The position numbers and the translations under genes were made by a program. Source: an uncultured Thermoleophilia bacterium (GTDB lineage Bacteria; Actinomycetota; Thermoleophilia; UBA2241). From it: a stretch of DNA of 64,000 bases. Location: positions 512,001 through 576,000 of the forward strand of contig CAVQSP010000013.1 of assembly GCA_963715985.1 (NCBI GenBank). Direction: 5' to 3'. This document shows, piece after piece, positions 1 to 9,328 of the stretch (position 1 is its first letter; every line of letters begins with the position of its first letter). The notes under the pieces are model-generated. The model saw only the letters and a list, made by a program, of their open reading frames with translations, was not told where the DNA came from and made no database searches.

Positions 1-247
1 GCCCACCATCGGCGGCGCCGTGGGCGGCATCCCGCTGCAGATCGAGGACGGCGTGACCGGCTACCTCGTCTCGTCGGCGGCCGAGTGCGCGGAGCGCTGC
101 CTCGAGGTGCTCGCCGATCCCGAGAAGCATCGGCGCATGGCGCTGGCCGGCAAGGAGTACGTGCGCCGCGAGTTCCTCACGCCGCGCCTGCTGCGCGACG
201 ACCTGCGCCTCTTCAGCGACCTGCGCGCGGGTAAGATAGGGAAGTAG
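1..247 (+). CDS. Glycosyltransferase GT4, trehalose synthase TreT-like (3' part only; runs off the window start)
   Basis: Frame 2 reads PTIGGAVGGIPLQIEDGVTGYLV...GKEYVRREFLTPRLLRD, typical of the TreT-type GT4 C-terminus; lies next to otsA; TAG stop. Confidence 0.65.
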   Translation, partial: PTIGGAVGGIPLQIEDGVTGYLVSSAAECAERCLEVLADPEKHRRMALAGKEYVRREFLTPRLLRDDLRLFSDLRAGKIGK

Positions 248-264
248 TCGAGCGAGGGGGAGGC

Positions 265-1744
265 GTGGGCGCGGAGGAGCGACCGGAGCGCCGTCTGGTG
301 GTGGCCGCCAATCGCGGCCCGGTGTCGTTCCACAGCGACCCCTCGGGGGACCCCGTCATCACGCGCGGGCCCGGCGGCCTGGTCACCGTGCTCACGGAGC
401 TGCTGCGCAAGCACCCCGGCACCTGGGTGGCCACGGCGCTGGGCGAGGAAGAGGAGCGTCTGGCCGGCGGCGCCGTGGACGTCGAGCTGGACGGCGACGC
501 GTACCGCGTGCGGTACGTCGCGGTGGACCGCGAGGTCTACAACAAGTACTACAACATCATCGCCAACCCGATGTTGTGGTTCATCCAGCACTACCTGTGG
601 GATCTCGGGCGGCACCCGGACATCTCCCCCAACGAAGTGGACGCCTGGTGGAACGGCTACGTCCCGGTGCAGCGCCTCTTCGCGGCCGCCGTCAGTGACG
701 AGCTGGCGGCCGCGGGCCGGGGCGTCGAGGCCCTCGCGATGCTGCACGACTATCACCTCTACGGCGTCGCCCCGCTGGTGCGAGAGGCCGTCCCGCACGC
801 CTTCATCCACCAGTTCGTGCACATCCCCTGGGCGCAGAGCGACGCCTGGCTCGTGCTGCCGGAGGCCATGCGCACGGCCGTGTTCACCGGCCTGCTGGGC
901 AACGACATCGTGGCCTTCCACACGCGGCACTACGCCGTGAACTTCCTGCAGGGGTGCCGCGACCTCCTGGACCTGGAGGTGGACGAGCGGCGCCTGGTGG
1001 TGCGCACCGGGGAGCGCGAGGTGTGGGTGCGCGCCTACCCTGTCTCCATCGACCCGCAGGAGCTGGTGAGGGCCTCCACGGCGCAGCGGGTGGTGGCCGA
1101 AGAAGAGGCGCTCCTGCAGCGGCGGCGCGAGTTCCTGGTGCTGCGGGTGGACCGCCTCGACCTCAGCAAGAACATCATCCGCGGCTTCCTCGCCTTCGAC
1201 CGCTTCCTCGACCTGCACCCCGAGTTCAAGGACCGCATCACCTTCCTCGCCCTGCTGCAGCCCTCGCGCGAGGACGTGGAGGAGTACGTGGTGTACCGCG
1301 AGCGCGTGGTGCGCACGGTGGAGCAGATCAACACCAAGCACGGCAACACGGACTGGATGCCCATCGACCTGCGCATCGAGGACAACTTCCCCCAGACCCT
1401 GGCCGCGTACCGGCACTATCGACGCCCTCGTCGTCAACGCGATCTTCGACGGCATGAACCTGGTCGCCAAGGAGGGCCCCGTGGTGAACGTCCGCGACGG
1501 CGTCCTCATCCTCAGCGAGAACACCGGCGCCTTCGAGGAGCTCGGCATGTTCGCCGTGCGCGTGAACCCCTTCGACATCGAGCAGCAGGCCGAGGCCTTC
1601 TTCGAGGCCCTCACGATGCCGGCGGCCGAGAAGCGCGTCCGCGGCGAAGCCATGCGCCGCGTGGTCGACACCAACAGCATCGAGAAGTGGGTGGCGGCGC
1701 AGTTCGACGACATCGCCGCCAAGCGCGCCGCCGACGCCGGTTGA
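265..1744 (+). CDS. otsA: Trehalose-6-phosphate synthase (GT20), frameshifted near 1415-1420
   Basis: Motifs VVAANRGP, GGLVT, HDYHL, FVHIPW, RVDRLDLSKNI. The C-terminal DGMNLVAKE...ILSENTGAFEEL continues in the 1454..1744 frame. Confidence 0.85.
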
Positions 1745-1762
1745 CCAAGGTCAGGGCGCCTG
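1678..1762. repeat. Direct repeat copy 1 (85 bp; last codons and stop of otsA plus flank)
   Basis: catcgagaagtgggtggcggcgcagttcgacgac...tgaccaaggtcagggcgcctg recurs at 4223..4307 with one mismatch. Confidence 0.95.
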
Positions 1763-1788
1763 TGCCGGGGCGCTCGTACCATCACTGC

Positions 1789-2061
1789 ATGATCATCGAG
1801 GTCCTCGGCATCGACTGCGACCAGACCGCGGCGCTCGAGGGCGCCGTGGTCCAGGCGCTCGCCGACCTCGGCCTTTCGGACGCCGCCACGGTGCGCCGGA
1901 TCTCCGACCCCACGGCCATCATCGCCCGCGGCGTGCGCCGCTGGCCCGGCCTCAGCGTGGACGGCAAGGTGGTCAGCCGCGGCTCGGTGCCGTCCGCAGG
2001 GGAGCTGCGCGGCTTCATTGCAGATGCGATGGGCCAGCGGCCTGCCGACTCATCCCGCTAA
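1789..2061 (+). CDS. Small thioredoxin-fold protein (Thioredoxin_3-like), degenerate CxxC
   Basis: MIIEVLGIDCDQT...GVRRWPGLSVDGKVVSRGSVPS resembles small redox-active disulfide proteins; TACCAT -10 box lies 6 nt before the ATG (leaderless). Confidence 0.65.
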   Translation: MIIEVLGIDCDQTAALEGAVVQALADLGLSDAATVRRISDPTAIIARGVRRWPGLSVDGKVVSRGSVPSAGELRGFIADAMGQRPADSSR

Positions 2062-2090
2062 GGGTCCTGTCACGACCCGGATGGCCTGAT

Positions 2091-2219
2091 CTGGTCGAGG
2101 AGATGGGCCGCAAGTTCGGCGTCACCCGCGAGCGCATCCGTCAGATCGAGGCCAGGAGCCTGGCAAAGCTGCTTGCACCAGGAGAGGCACATGGCCTCCA
2201 TGAGTTCCTCGACGGCTGA
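2091..2219 (+). pseudogene. Remnant of sigma-70 (RpoD-like) region 4
   Basis: Reads LVEEMGRKFGVTRERIRQIEARSLAKL...EFLDG*, matching the RpoD region 4.2 signature FGVTRERIRQIE; regions 1-3 are absent. Confidence 0.75.
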
Positions 2220-2451
2220 CCGTGTGCGACCGGCCGAAGTCGGCCGCGCGGCCGACCGCCACGAAGGGTCGACGAAGCGGCTGCGGACGCAGGCCCTCAC
2301 TGTGACGGTCGCGCGGATGCGGCCTGCGGAGGTCCGGTCCCGCGGTCATCGCCTCGGCGCTCAGCGTTCGGCACGAGTGCTGCGCCGGCCGATCAGGATC
2401 CGTTCGCTCAGGCCGCAACGCACCTCACAAAGCAAGTAGGATGGTCATCAC

Positions 2452-4116
2452 GTGAAGAACGACTCCCTCAGGATCATCCCCCTCGGCGGCCTCGGCGAGA
2501 TCGGCAAGAACATGACGGCCGTCGAGTACCGCGGCAAGATCGTCGTGCTCGACTGCGGCGTCGAGTTCCCGCGCGAGGACATGCTCGGCATCGACCTCGT
2601 GCTCCCCGACATCGGCTGGCTGCTCGAGCGTCAGCACGACGTGATCGGCTTCCTCATCTCGCACGGCCATGAGGACCACCAGGGGGCACTGCCCTTCGTG
2701 CTCAAGCAGCTCAAGCGGCCCGTCTACGGCAGCCGCTTCACGCTCGCCCTCATCAAGTCGAAGCTCGACGAGCACGGGCTCCTCGGCAGCGTCGAGCTCA
2801 CCGAGGTCAACGACAAGTCTCACCTTCGGCTCGGACCCTTCGACGTCTCCTTCATCGCCACGAGCCACAGCATCCCCGACTCGCTCGCCATCGTGCTCGG
2901 CACCGACCTCGGGGCGGTGGTGCTCACCGGCGACTACCGCTTCGACCACACCCCCATCGACGGCCGCGTCACCGACGTGGACGCCTTCGCCAAGCTGGGC
3001 GAGCGCGGCGTGCTGGCCCTGCTTGGCGACTCGACGAACGCGGAGGCCCCAGGGTCGACCGCCTCGGAGAGCACCGTCGGCCAGGCGTTCCACCAGATCT
3101 TCGCCGAGGCCGAGGGCCGCGTCATCGTGGCCAGCTTCGCCTCCCACATCCACCGCATCCAGCAGGCCATCACCATCGCCCATCTGCATGGGCGCAAGTT
3201 CGCCCTCTCCGGACGCTCGATGGTGAAGAACGCGAACATCGCCCGCAATCTCGGCTACCTGGACGTGCCGGCCGGCGCCATGATCAAGCTCACGCAGATC
3301 GACGAGTACAGGCCCGAGGAGATCCTCATCCTCTCGACCGGCAGCCAGGGTGAGCCGCTCTCGGCGCTCACGCGCATGGCCTTCAACGATCACCCTCAGG
3401 TCGGCTTGCACGAGGGCGACACAGTCGTCATCTCCGCCAAGGCGATCCCCGGCAACGAGCGCAGCGTGACGGCCACCATCGACCGCCTGCTCAAGGTCGG
3501 CGCCACGGTGATCTACGGCGCGCGCAGCGGCATCCACGTCAGCGGCCACGCGGCGCAGGAAGACCTCAAGATGATGCTCAACCTCACGCGGCCGCGGTTC
3601 CTCGTCCCCGTCCACGGCGAATACCGTATGCAGCACCTGCACGCCGAGCTGGCCCGCCAGTCGGGCATCCCCGACGAGGACATCTTCATCCTCGAGAACG
3701 GTGACGTGCTCGAGCTCGACGCCGACAACGGCGAGATCGTGGGCAAGGTCCCGACCGGCATGGTGTTCGTCGACGGCTCTGAGCTCGGCGATCCTGATGG
3801 CGTTGTGCTGCGCGACCGCAAGCAGCTTGCAGGCGACGGCATTCTCATCGCGGTCGTCACCGTTGATTCCGAGAGCGGCGACTCGGTGGCGCGCCCCGAG
3901 CTGATCGCACGCGGCTTCCTGCACGACGACGAGCGTCTGCAGGAAGTACTCGAGGAGTGCGCCGGGGCCCTGGATGCCCTCCTGGACGACCTCGGCGCCG
4001 AGCACGTCACCGGGCAGCGCCTGATCAAGGAAGACATCCATGACAGGCTCGCCGACCTCGTCTTCAAGCGCACCCGCCGCCGGCCGCTGATCATGCCGGT
4101 CGTCGTCGGCGTCTGA
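2452..4116 (+). CDS. rnj: Ribonuclease J
   Basis: IIPLGGLGEIGKN, SHGHEDH metallo-beta-lactamase motif, TGSQGEP, HVSGHA, PVHGEYR. Confidence 0.95.
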   Translation: MKNDSLRIIPLGGLGEIGKNMTAVEYRGKIVVLDCGVEFPREDMLGIDLVLPDIGWLLERQHDVIGFLISHGHEDHQGALPFVLKQLKRPVYGSRFTLALIKSKLDEHGLLGSVELTEVNDKSHLRLGPFDVSFIATSHSIPDSLAIVLGTDLGAVVLTGDYRFDHTPIDGRVTDVDAFAKLGERGVLALLGDSTNAEAPGSTASESTVGQAFHQIFAEAEGRVIVASFASHIHRIQQAITIAHLHGRKFALSGRSMVKNANIARNLGYLDVPAGAMIKLTQIDEYRPEEILILSTGSQGEPLSALTRMAFNDHPQVGLHEGDTVVISAKAIPGNERSVTATIDRLLKVGATVIYGARSGIHVSGHAAQEDLKMMLNLTRPRFLVPVHGEYRMQHLHAELARQSGIPDEDIFILENGDVLELDADNGEIVGKVPTGMVFVDGSELGDPDGVVLRDRKQLAGDGILIAVVTVDSESGDSVARPELIARGFLHDDERLQEVLEECAGALDALLDDLGAEHVTGQRLIKEDIHDRLADLVFKRTRRRPLIMPVVVGV

Positions 4117-4222
4117 CCGCGCGCCAGATGGCCACCCAGCCCGCTCGCACCCGGGGCATCTGTCGAGCGGCGCGATGGGTTCCCAGCGCTCAGGGCCAGA
4201 CATGGCATCCGCCTGAAGTCGA

Positions 4223-4307
4223 CATCGAGAAGTGGGTGGCGGCGCACTTCGACGACATCGCCGCCAAGCGCGCCGCCGACGCCGGTTGACCAAGGTCAGG
4301 GCGCCTG
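4223..4307. repeat. Direct repeat copy 2 (85 bp duplicate of the otsA 3' end)
   Basis: Identical to 1678..1762 except gcacttc vs gcagttc. Confidence 0.95.
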
Positions 4308-4337
4308 CGGCGGGGGCGTAGCTTCAGCCGCCGCCGT

Positions 4338-5068
4338 TCAGCCCGCTTCGGCGCTCACCCTCCGACGAGGTGCGGATAGATCGAAGAACAGGTACAGGCT
4401 GTAGACGAGGAAGACGCCGGCGACGATGTTGACCGAGTAGCGCACGCCGCGGATCTTGAAACGCTGGCCGATGGCGATGAGGAACAGCACCGCGGCGAGG
4501 ACGACGGTGATGCGCACGTATTTCTCGGCGGTGGCGCGGTACTCCACGCCGAGGTCGAACGCATGCGACGCTTCCTTGTTCAGTTCCGTCGCCTTCTCCA
4601 CCAGCGGGTCCTCGTACTCCGGCATGTAGCGCGGGCCCGGGAGGCGCGCTCGGATCGTTCATCCCGTCGATCGCGACCCACGCGTCGAAGGCCTTCTTGT
4701 ACTCGGGCGTGAAGCGTCGTTCGAGGAGCTTCTGCAGGCTCTCGTCGCCGGCGTCGTAGGCTTGCAGCCAGGCGGTGAAGTTGCCGGCGTTGTAGATGAG
4801 CGTCTGGTTGGCGGTGAGTGTGACGCTCTGGCGCCTCGGTGCGCAGCCGTGAGGAGGTGGCGTACTCCTTGGCGCTCTCGCCGTCCCAGCGGGCCGCCTG
4901 GTAGCCGCTCAAAGCCGTGACGATCGCCACGATGGCGAGCAGGATGGCCTCGAGGATCTCGATCGTCTCTACGCGCCGGCGGCTCGGCTTGTGGTCGGCG
5001 GCCTCGTCGTGCGCGCCGTGCTCGCGCAGGTGCTCCGCGACCTCTGCGTTGATGTTGCCCTCGGGCAT
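4338..5068 (-). CDS. Hypothetical membrane protein (about 3 TM helices), two frameshifts
   Basis: N-part in 4580..5068 (ILLAIVAIVTALSGYQAARW), middle in another frame (FTAWLQAY...RRFTPEYKKAFDAW), C-part in 4338..4625 (ITVVLAAVLFLIAIG). Confidence 0.6.
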
Positions 5069-5127
5069 GCCTCTCCCTCCCGGCCGTTCTGTCGCTGCCG
5101 AGATGCTACATCAGCGTGACCGTGTGG

Positions 5128-6309
5128 TCAGTCCGAAGCGCGGGCGTGCGTGTGGCTTCGGGCGCCCGCCGCGAGCCGCGCGGCGGCCAGCTCCAGGTAC
5201 TCCGCGGCGAGGTCGACGCCGATGGAGCGGCGCCCGAGCTCCCGCGCGACGGCGAGCGCGGTGCCGGTGCCGCAGAAGGGGTCGAGCACCACGCCGCCGG
5301 GCGGGCAGGTGGCGAGGACCGGGATGCGACACAGGTCGGGCGGGAAGGCCGCGAAGTGTCCGGCGCGGCCCTGGGTGTCTTCGGGGAGGATGTCCCAAAC
5401 GTCGCCAGGCTTGGCTCCGCCGGGATGGTAGCGCAGCAGGTAGAAGCCGCGCTCCTGCAGCTCCCGGGCGCGGCCGGAGACGGCCGTCGCGTCCGAGTGC
5501 GTGGCCCGCTGCGTGCCGCGGAGCACCATGCGAAAGTCGCCGAGGCGGCCCGCCCGGACTTCGTCCAGGGCCGCCTCGAGCGCGCCCAGGGCGGCCTCCT
5601 TCTCGGCCTCGGCGAGGGCGGTGGACAGCTCGATCTGCCGCCGGTAGCGCACGCCGCTCACGCCGGTGGCGGAGATCACGGCGCCGTTCTCCACGCGCGC
5701 CGCCCGGGGCGCGGCGCGCACGGCGTCGGCGTCGTAGTAGTAGCCGCGCGGCTGTCGCGTGAAGTGGAAGAGCAGCTCATGCACGTTGCGCAGCCTGTCG
5801 CGGCTGGTGTCGGGCCCGCCCTTGACCTTGTGCCACACCACGCTGTTGCGGAGGGTCCAGCCCTGCTCGTCCGTGAGCGCGAACGCCACCCGCCAGGGGA
5901 TGCCCAGCTGGCGTTTGCCGCGGTAGGTGTCGCCGAGGTTCAGCCAGAACGAGCCGCCGGGGGCGAGCACGCGGCGCAGCTCGGCGGCGACGGCGGCGAG
6001 GCCCGCCACGTAGTCCTGCCAGCGGGCCTCGGCGCCCAGGCCGCCGCCGGCGTAGCGCCGGTGACCGTAGTAGGGCGGGCTCGTGAGGCAGCAGTCCACG
6101 GAGCCGGCCGGGAGGCGGCGGAGCGCCTGTTCGGCGTCGCCGCGGACGAGGAGCGGGCTGGTGTCTGAGCCGGCGAGGTACTCTGCCGCGCCGGCCTCCA
6201 AGCCAGGCTCGCCGGCGTCCAGGACGGCGCCGTGCGCGCTGCCCGGCGCCGGGAGGAGCGGTCGCCCTTCGGCGGCCCGCTCGACGGTCCGCCTTCGGTG
6301 GCCGTTCAC
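5128..6309 (-). CDS. Site-specific DNA methyltransferase, beta class (probably N4-cytosine)
   Basis: Catalytic motif IV TSPPYY near the N-terminus and SAM-binding motif I VLDPFCGTGT near the C-terminus; GTG start overlaps the upstream TGA (GTGA). Confidence 0.85.
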   Translation of the reverse strand: MNGHRRRTVERAAEGRPLLPAPGSAHGAVLDAGEPGLEAGAAEYLAGSDTSPLLVRGDAEQALRRLPAGSVDCCLTSPPYYGHRRYAGGGLGAEARWQDYVAGLAAVAAELRRVLAPGGSFWLNLGDTYRGKRQLGIPWRVAFALTDEQGWTLRNSVVWHKVKGGPDTSRDRLRNVHELLFHFTRQPRGYYYDADAVRAAPRAARVENGAVISATGVSGVRYRRQIELSTALAEAEKEAALGALEAALDEVRAGRLGDFRMVLRGTQRATHSDATAVSGRARELQERGFYLLRYHPGGAKPGDVWDILPEDTQGRAGHFAAFPPDLCRIPVLATCPPGGVVLDPFCGTGTALAVARELGRRSIGVDLAAEYLELAAARLAAGARSHTHARASD

Positions 6310-7331
6310 GCCCCCAGGATGCGCCGGTAGATGGTCTCGTAGTCGGCGACCATGCGCCCGACCGTGAAGCGCTCTTCGACGGTGCGGCGGCACACCGCCG
6401 GGTCGATCTCGCCGACCCGGCCGACCGCCGCCACGAACTCCTCGAAGGTGTCGCACACGAACCCGGTGACGCCGTGGTCCACGACCTCGGGCACCGACCC
6501 CTGGCGCAACGCCACCACCGGGGTGCCGGTGGCCATCGCCTCGATCATGACGAGGCCGAACGGCTCCGGCCACGTGATGGGGAAGACGAAGGCGTGGGCG
6601 TGCGCGAACAGCTCGCGCTTGCGCTCGTCGCTGACCTCGCCCTCGTACACGATCTGCTCGCCGTCGATGTGCGGCGCCACCTTGGTCTCGAAGTACTCGC
6701 GATAGGGCTCCTGCAGCACGCCGGCCATGATGAGCTTGCGGCCCGTGCGCCTGGCCGCCTCGATGGAGAGGTGGAAGCCCTTGGCCTCGCACACCCTGCC
6801 GAAGGCCAGCAGGTAGTCGTCCTTCTGCGGCGTGTACGGCCACTGCTCCACGGCGATGGCGTTGTAGGCGAGGCCGGCCCAGTTCATGCCGGCCGGCCCC
6901 ATGGACTGCTGGTACTTGCTGATGCCGATGTACGCCACCTCGCTGCGGAACTGCTCGTAGAAGCCGTAGGCGGCGGTGTCGAAGGCGCAGTGCACGGTGT
7001 GCAGCATGGGCGGGGCGAGGTAGCGGCTGAAGGCGATGGCCAGGAACCCGGAGTGGTCGTGGACCAGGTCGAAGCCCTGCTGCTCGATGTCGGCGAAGGA
7101 GAACGAGACGTGGCGCGCGTCGTAGGAGCTCTGACCGAGGACCTCCGGCATCTGCCTGGGGAAGAGGGCGCAGAGCTCGGCCGCGGTGTGCGAGTCGCCG
7201 GTGGCGTACAGCACCACGTCGTGGCCGGCGGCCGTGAGCCCATCGCAGAGCTGCTGCACGACCCACTCCGTGCCGCCATAGCCGGCGGGCGGCACGGTGA
7301 TCCACGGCGGTGCGAGCTGAGCGATGCGCAT
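6306..7331 (-). CDS. Glycosyltransferase family 4
   Basis: MRIAQLAPPWITVPPAGYGGTE, FGRVCEAKG, WPEPFGLVMIEAMATGTPV; TAGAAT lies 6 nt before the ATG. Confidence 0.9.
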   Translation of the reverse strand: MRIAQLAPPWITVPPAGYGGTEWVVQQLCDGLTAAGHDVVLYATGDSHTAAELCALFPRQMPEVLGQSSYDARHVSFSFADIEQQGFDLVHDHSGFLAIAFSRYLAPPMLHTVHCAFDTAAYGFYEQFRSEVAYIGISKYQQSMGPAGMNWAGLAYNAIAVEQWPYTPQKDDYLLAFGRVCEAKGFHLSIEAARRTGRKLIMAGVLQEPYREYFETKVAPHIDGEQIVYEGEVSDERKRELFAHAHAFVFPITWPEPFGLVMIEAMATGTPVVALRQGSVPEVVDHGVTGFVCDTFEEFVAAVGRVGEIDPAVCRRTVEERFTVGRMVADYETIYRRILGA

Positions 7332-7524
7332 GCCGGCATTCTACCTGACCGCCGCGTCGTCGGCCGCCGGCACCGTCCCGGGTCCGGGGATGGTGCGCGA
7401 TCAGCGGACACGGTCCAGGCACGAGGCCGGGCGCCTCGCCCCGCGTCTCATGGCGGCGAGCCAAGCTGCCGATGGAGGTTAACCGGCCTGTCAAGCTCCG
7501 TTCGCGAGGGGTAGAGTGACGGCG

Positions 7525-9115
7525 ATGATCCTGTATCTGGACTGTGCCAGCGGCATCAGCGGGGACATGCTCGTCGCCGCGTTGCTCGGCGTGGCGGGGG
7601 CGAGCGCCGACCAGGCCGGGCCGCTCGACCAGGTCGTGCGGCCCGCGCTCGCGGCGGCCGGCATCGACAAGCGGCTGGTGTCGCTGCGCGGCGTCGAACG
7701 CGGCGGCGTCGCTGCCCTCGCCTTCCGAGTGCCCGAGGGACCCGGCTTCGCCACCTTTGACGAGCTCATCGTGTCGATGTACGCGTCGAAGCTCGACCAG
7801 GTCGTCGCGGATGATGTCGCCAGGCTGGCGGAACGCATGGCGGCGGCGGAGCGAGAGGTGCACGGGGAGGGCGTCGAACACCTTGACGAGCTCGGCGGCA
7901 TCGACACGGCCGTCGACCTGATCAGTGCGGTGGCCCTGGTGCACCATCTCCGGCCCGAGCGTGTGGTCGCCGCGCCGCCGGCGCTGGGCAGCGGCACGGT
8001 AGAGACGGCGCACGGCGTGCTGCCGGTGCCCGCACCGGCCGTCACCGCGCTGCTGCGCGGCGTACCGACCTCCGCCGTCCCTGAAGGCGGACCTGACCTC
8101 GGCGAGCTCACCACGCCCACGGGCGCGGCGCTGCTCGCCTTCTTCGCAGACGACTTCGGTCCGGCGCCGGCCGGGGCGGTCGCGGCGCTCGGCTGTGGCG
8201 CCGGCACGTCGCGAAGTCCCCGGGCGGCCGAATGTGCTTCGCGCGATGCTCATAGAGGCGGCGCCGGAGAAGGAGGGCACCATGGACGAGGAACGTGGAC
8301 AGTCCGGCGGGCTCGACGAGAAGAGCGGGGTGGTGCGGCGCATAGCCTCCGGCGTCGCCGCAGGAGTGCGCCGTTCGGAGCGCAAGCAGGACGAGCGGCA
8401 GGATGTGGTGCCGCCTGAGGAGGCCACGTCGGGGCCTGTCGCGGAACACCCCGAAGCCGGGGAGCGCGGACCCGAGGCGCCCGAGCCTGATGCGTTCGAG
8501 GCCGAACCCAAGGCGGGCGCCGGGGGGGCGGACGCGGCCGAGGAGGCGGGGCCGACCTTCATGGACGAGGCAGAGGCGACCAACGCCGACGAGGTGGCCG
8601 CCGAGGCGCCGCTGGAGACCGCGGATCGGCCCGCCGGGGACGAGCCCGATACGGCGGGTCCCGCCACGCTCGACCACGTGCTGCTCGAGACGAACATCGA
8701 CGACATGAGTGCGGAGCTGCTCGGGCACGCGGCGGACGCCCTGCGCGAGGCCGGCGCCGTGGATGTGTGGATGAGCCAGGCGCTCATGAAGAAGGGCCGC
8801 CCCGGCGTCGTGCTGCACGTGCTCGCCGCCGCCTCCGAGCGCGAGCGCCTGAGCGCCGTGCTCTTCGCGGAGACCTCCACGTTCGGCGTGCGTGTGGTCC
8901 CGTGCGGCCGCCTGTACGCGGAGGAGCGTCGCGAGTCCGTCAAGATCGGCAAGCTCACGATCGGCGTGCGCCTGAGCTTCGTGGAGGGCAGGCTCGCGAC
9001 CGTCTCGCCCGAGTACGAGGACGTGCGCCGCGTGGCCGCGGCCGTGGGGCGGCCCGCCCGCGTGGTGTACGAGGCCGCCCAGTCCGCCGCGCGCACCAAG
9101 TTCAGCGGCGCCTGA
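7525..9115 (+). CDS. larC: Nickel-pincer cofactor nickel-insertion protein LarC-like, frameshifted near 8210, with long acidic insertion
   Basis: LYLDCASGISGDML, HGVLPVPAPAV, GELTTPTGAA; then PNVLR, LLETNIDDM, MKKGRPG, ETSTFGVR, PEYEDV in the 8195 frame. Confidence 0.8.
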
Positions 9116-9328
9116 ACGCGGTCCCGGGGACGGCCGCGCGGCGAGCCTCCCCCCGCCCCGAGGTCCGGTGCCCGCCCGCCCGCCTCGCAAGCAAGCGGCC
9201 GCGTGCGACATGATTGATTCCCGCTTGTGCTCGCCTGTACAATCTCCCGGCAGGAGCCGCGCCATCGTGCCTTTCGGCACGAGTCTCCATCATGCTGCGC
9301 GCGAGATCGTTACTCAAAGGAGGACGCG

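Noticed and set aside
5128-9099. 1323-aa ORF on the minus strand
   Set aside because: Only the last ~394 codons are a real methyltransferase; the rest is an off-frame or antisense shadow of GT4 and larC, common at this GC content.
9244-9328. Possible ZMP/ZTP or THF riboswitch in the fhs leader
   Set aside because: Only a short tcgtgcc-tttc-ggcacga hairpin is visible and I could not match the conserved riboswitch elements. An Rfam cmscan would settle it.
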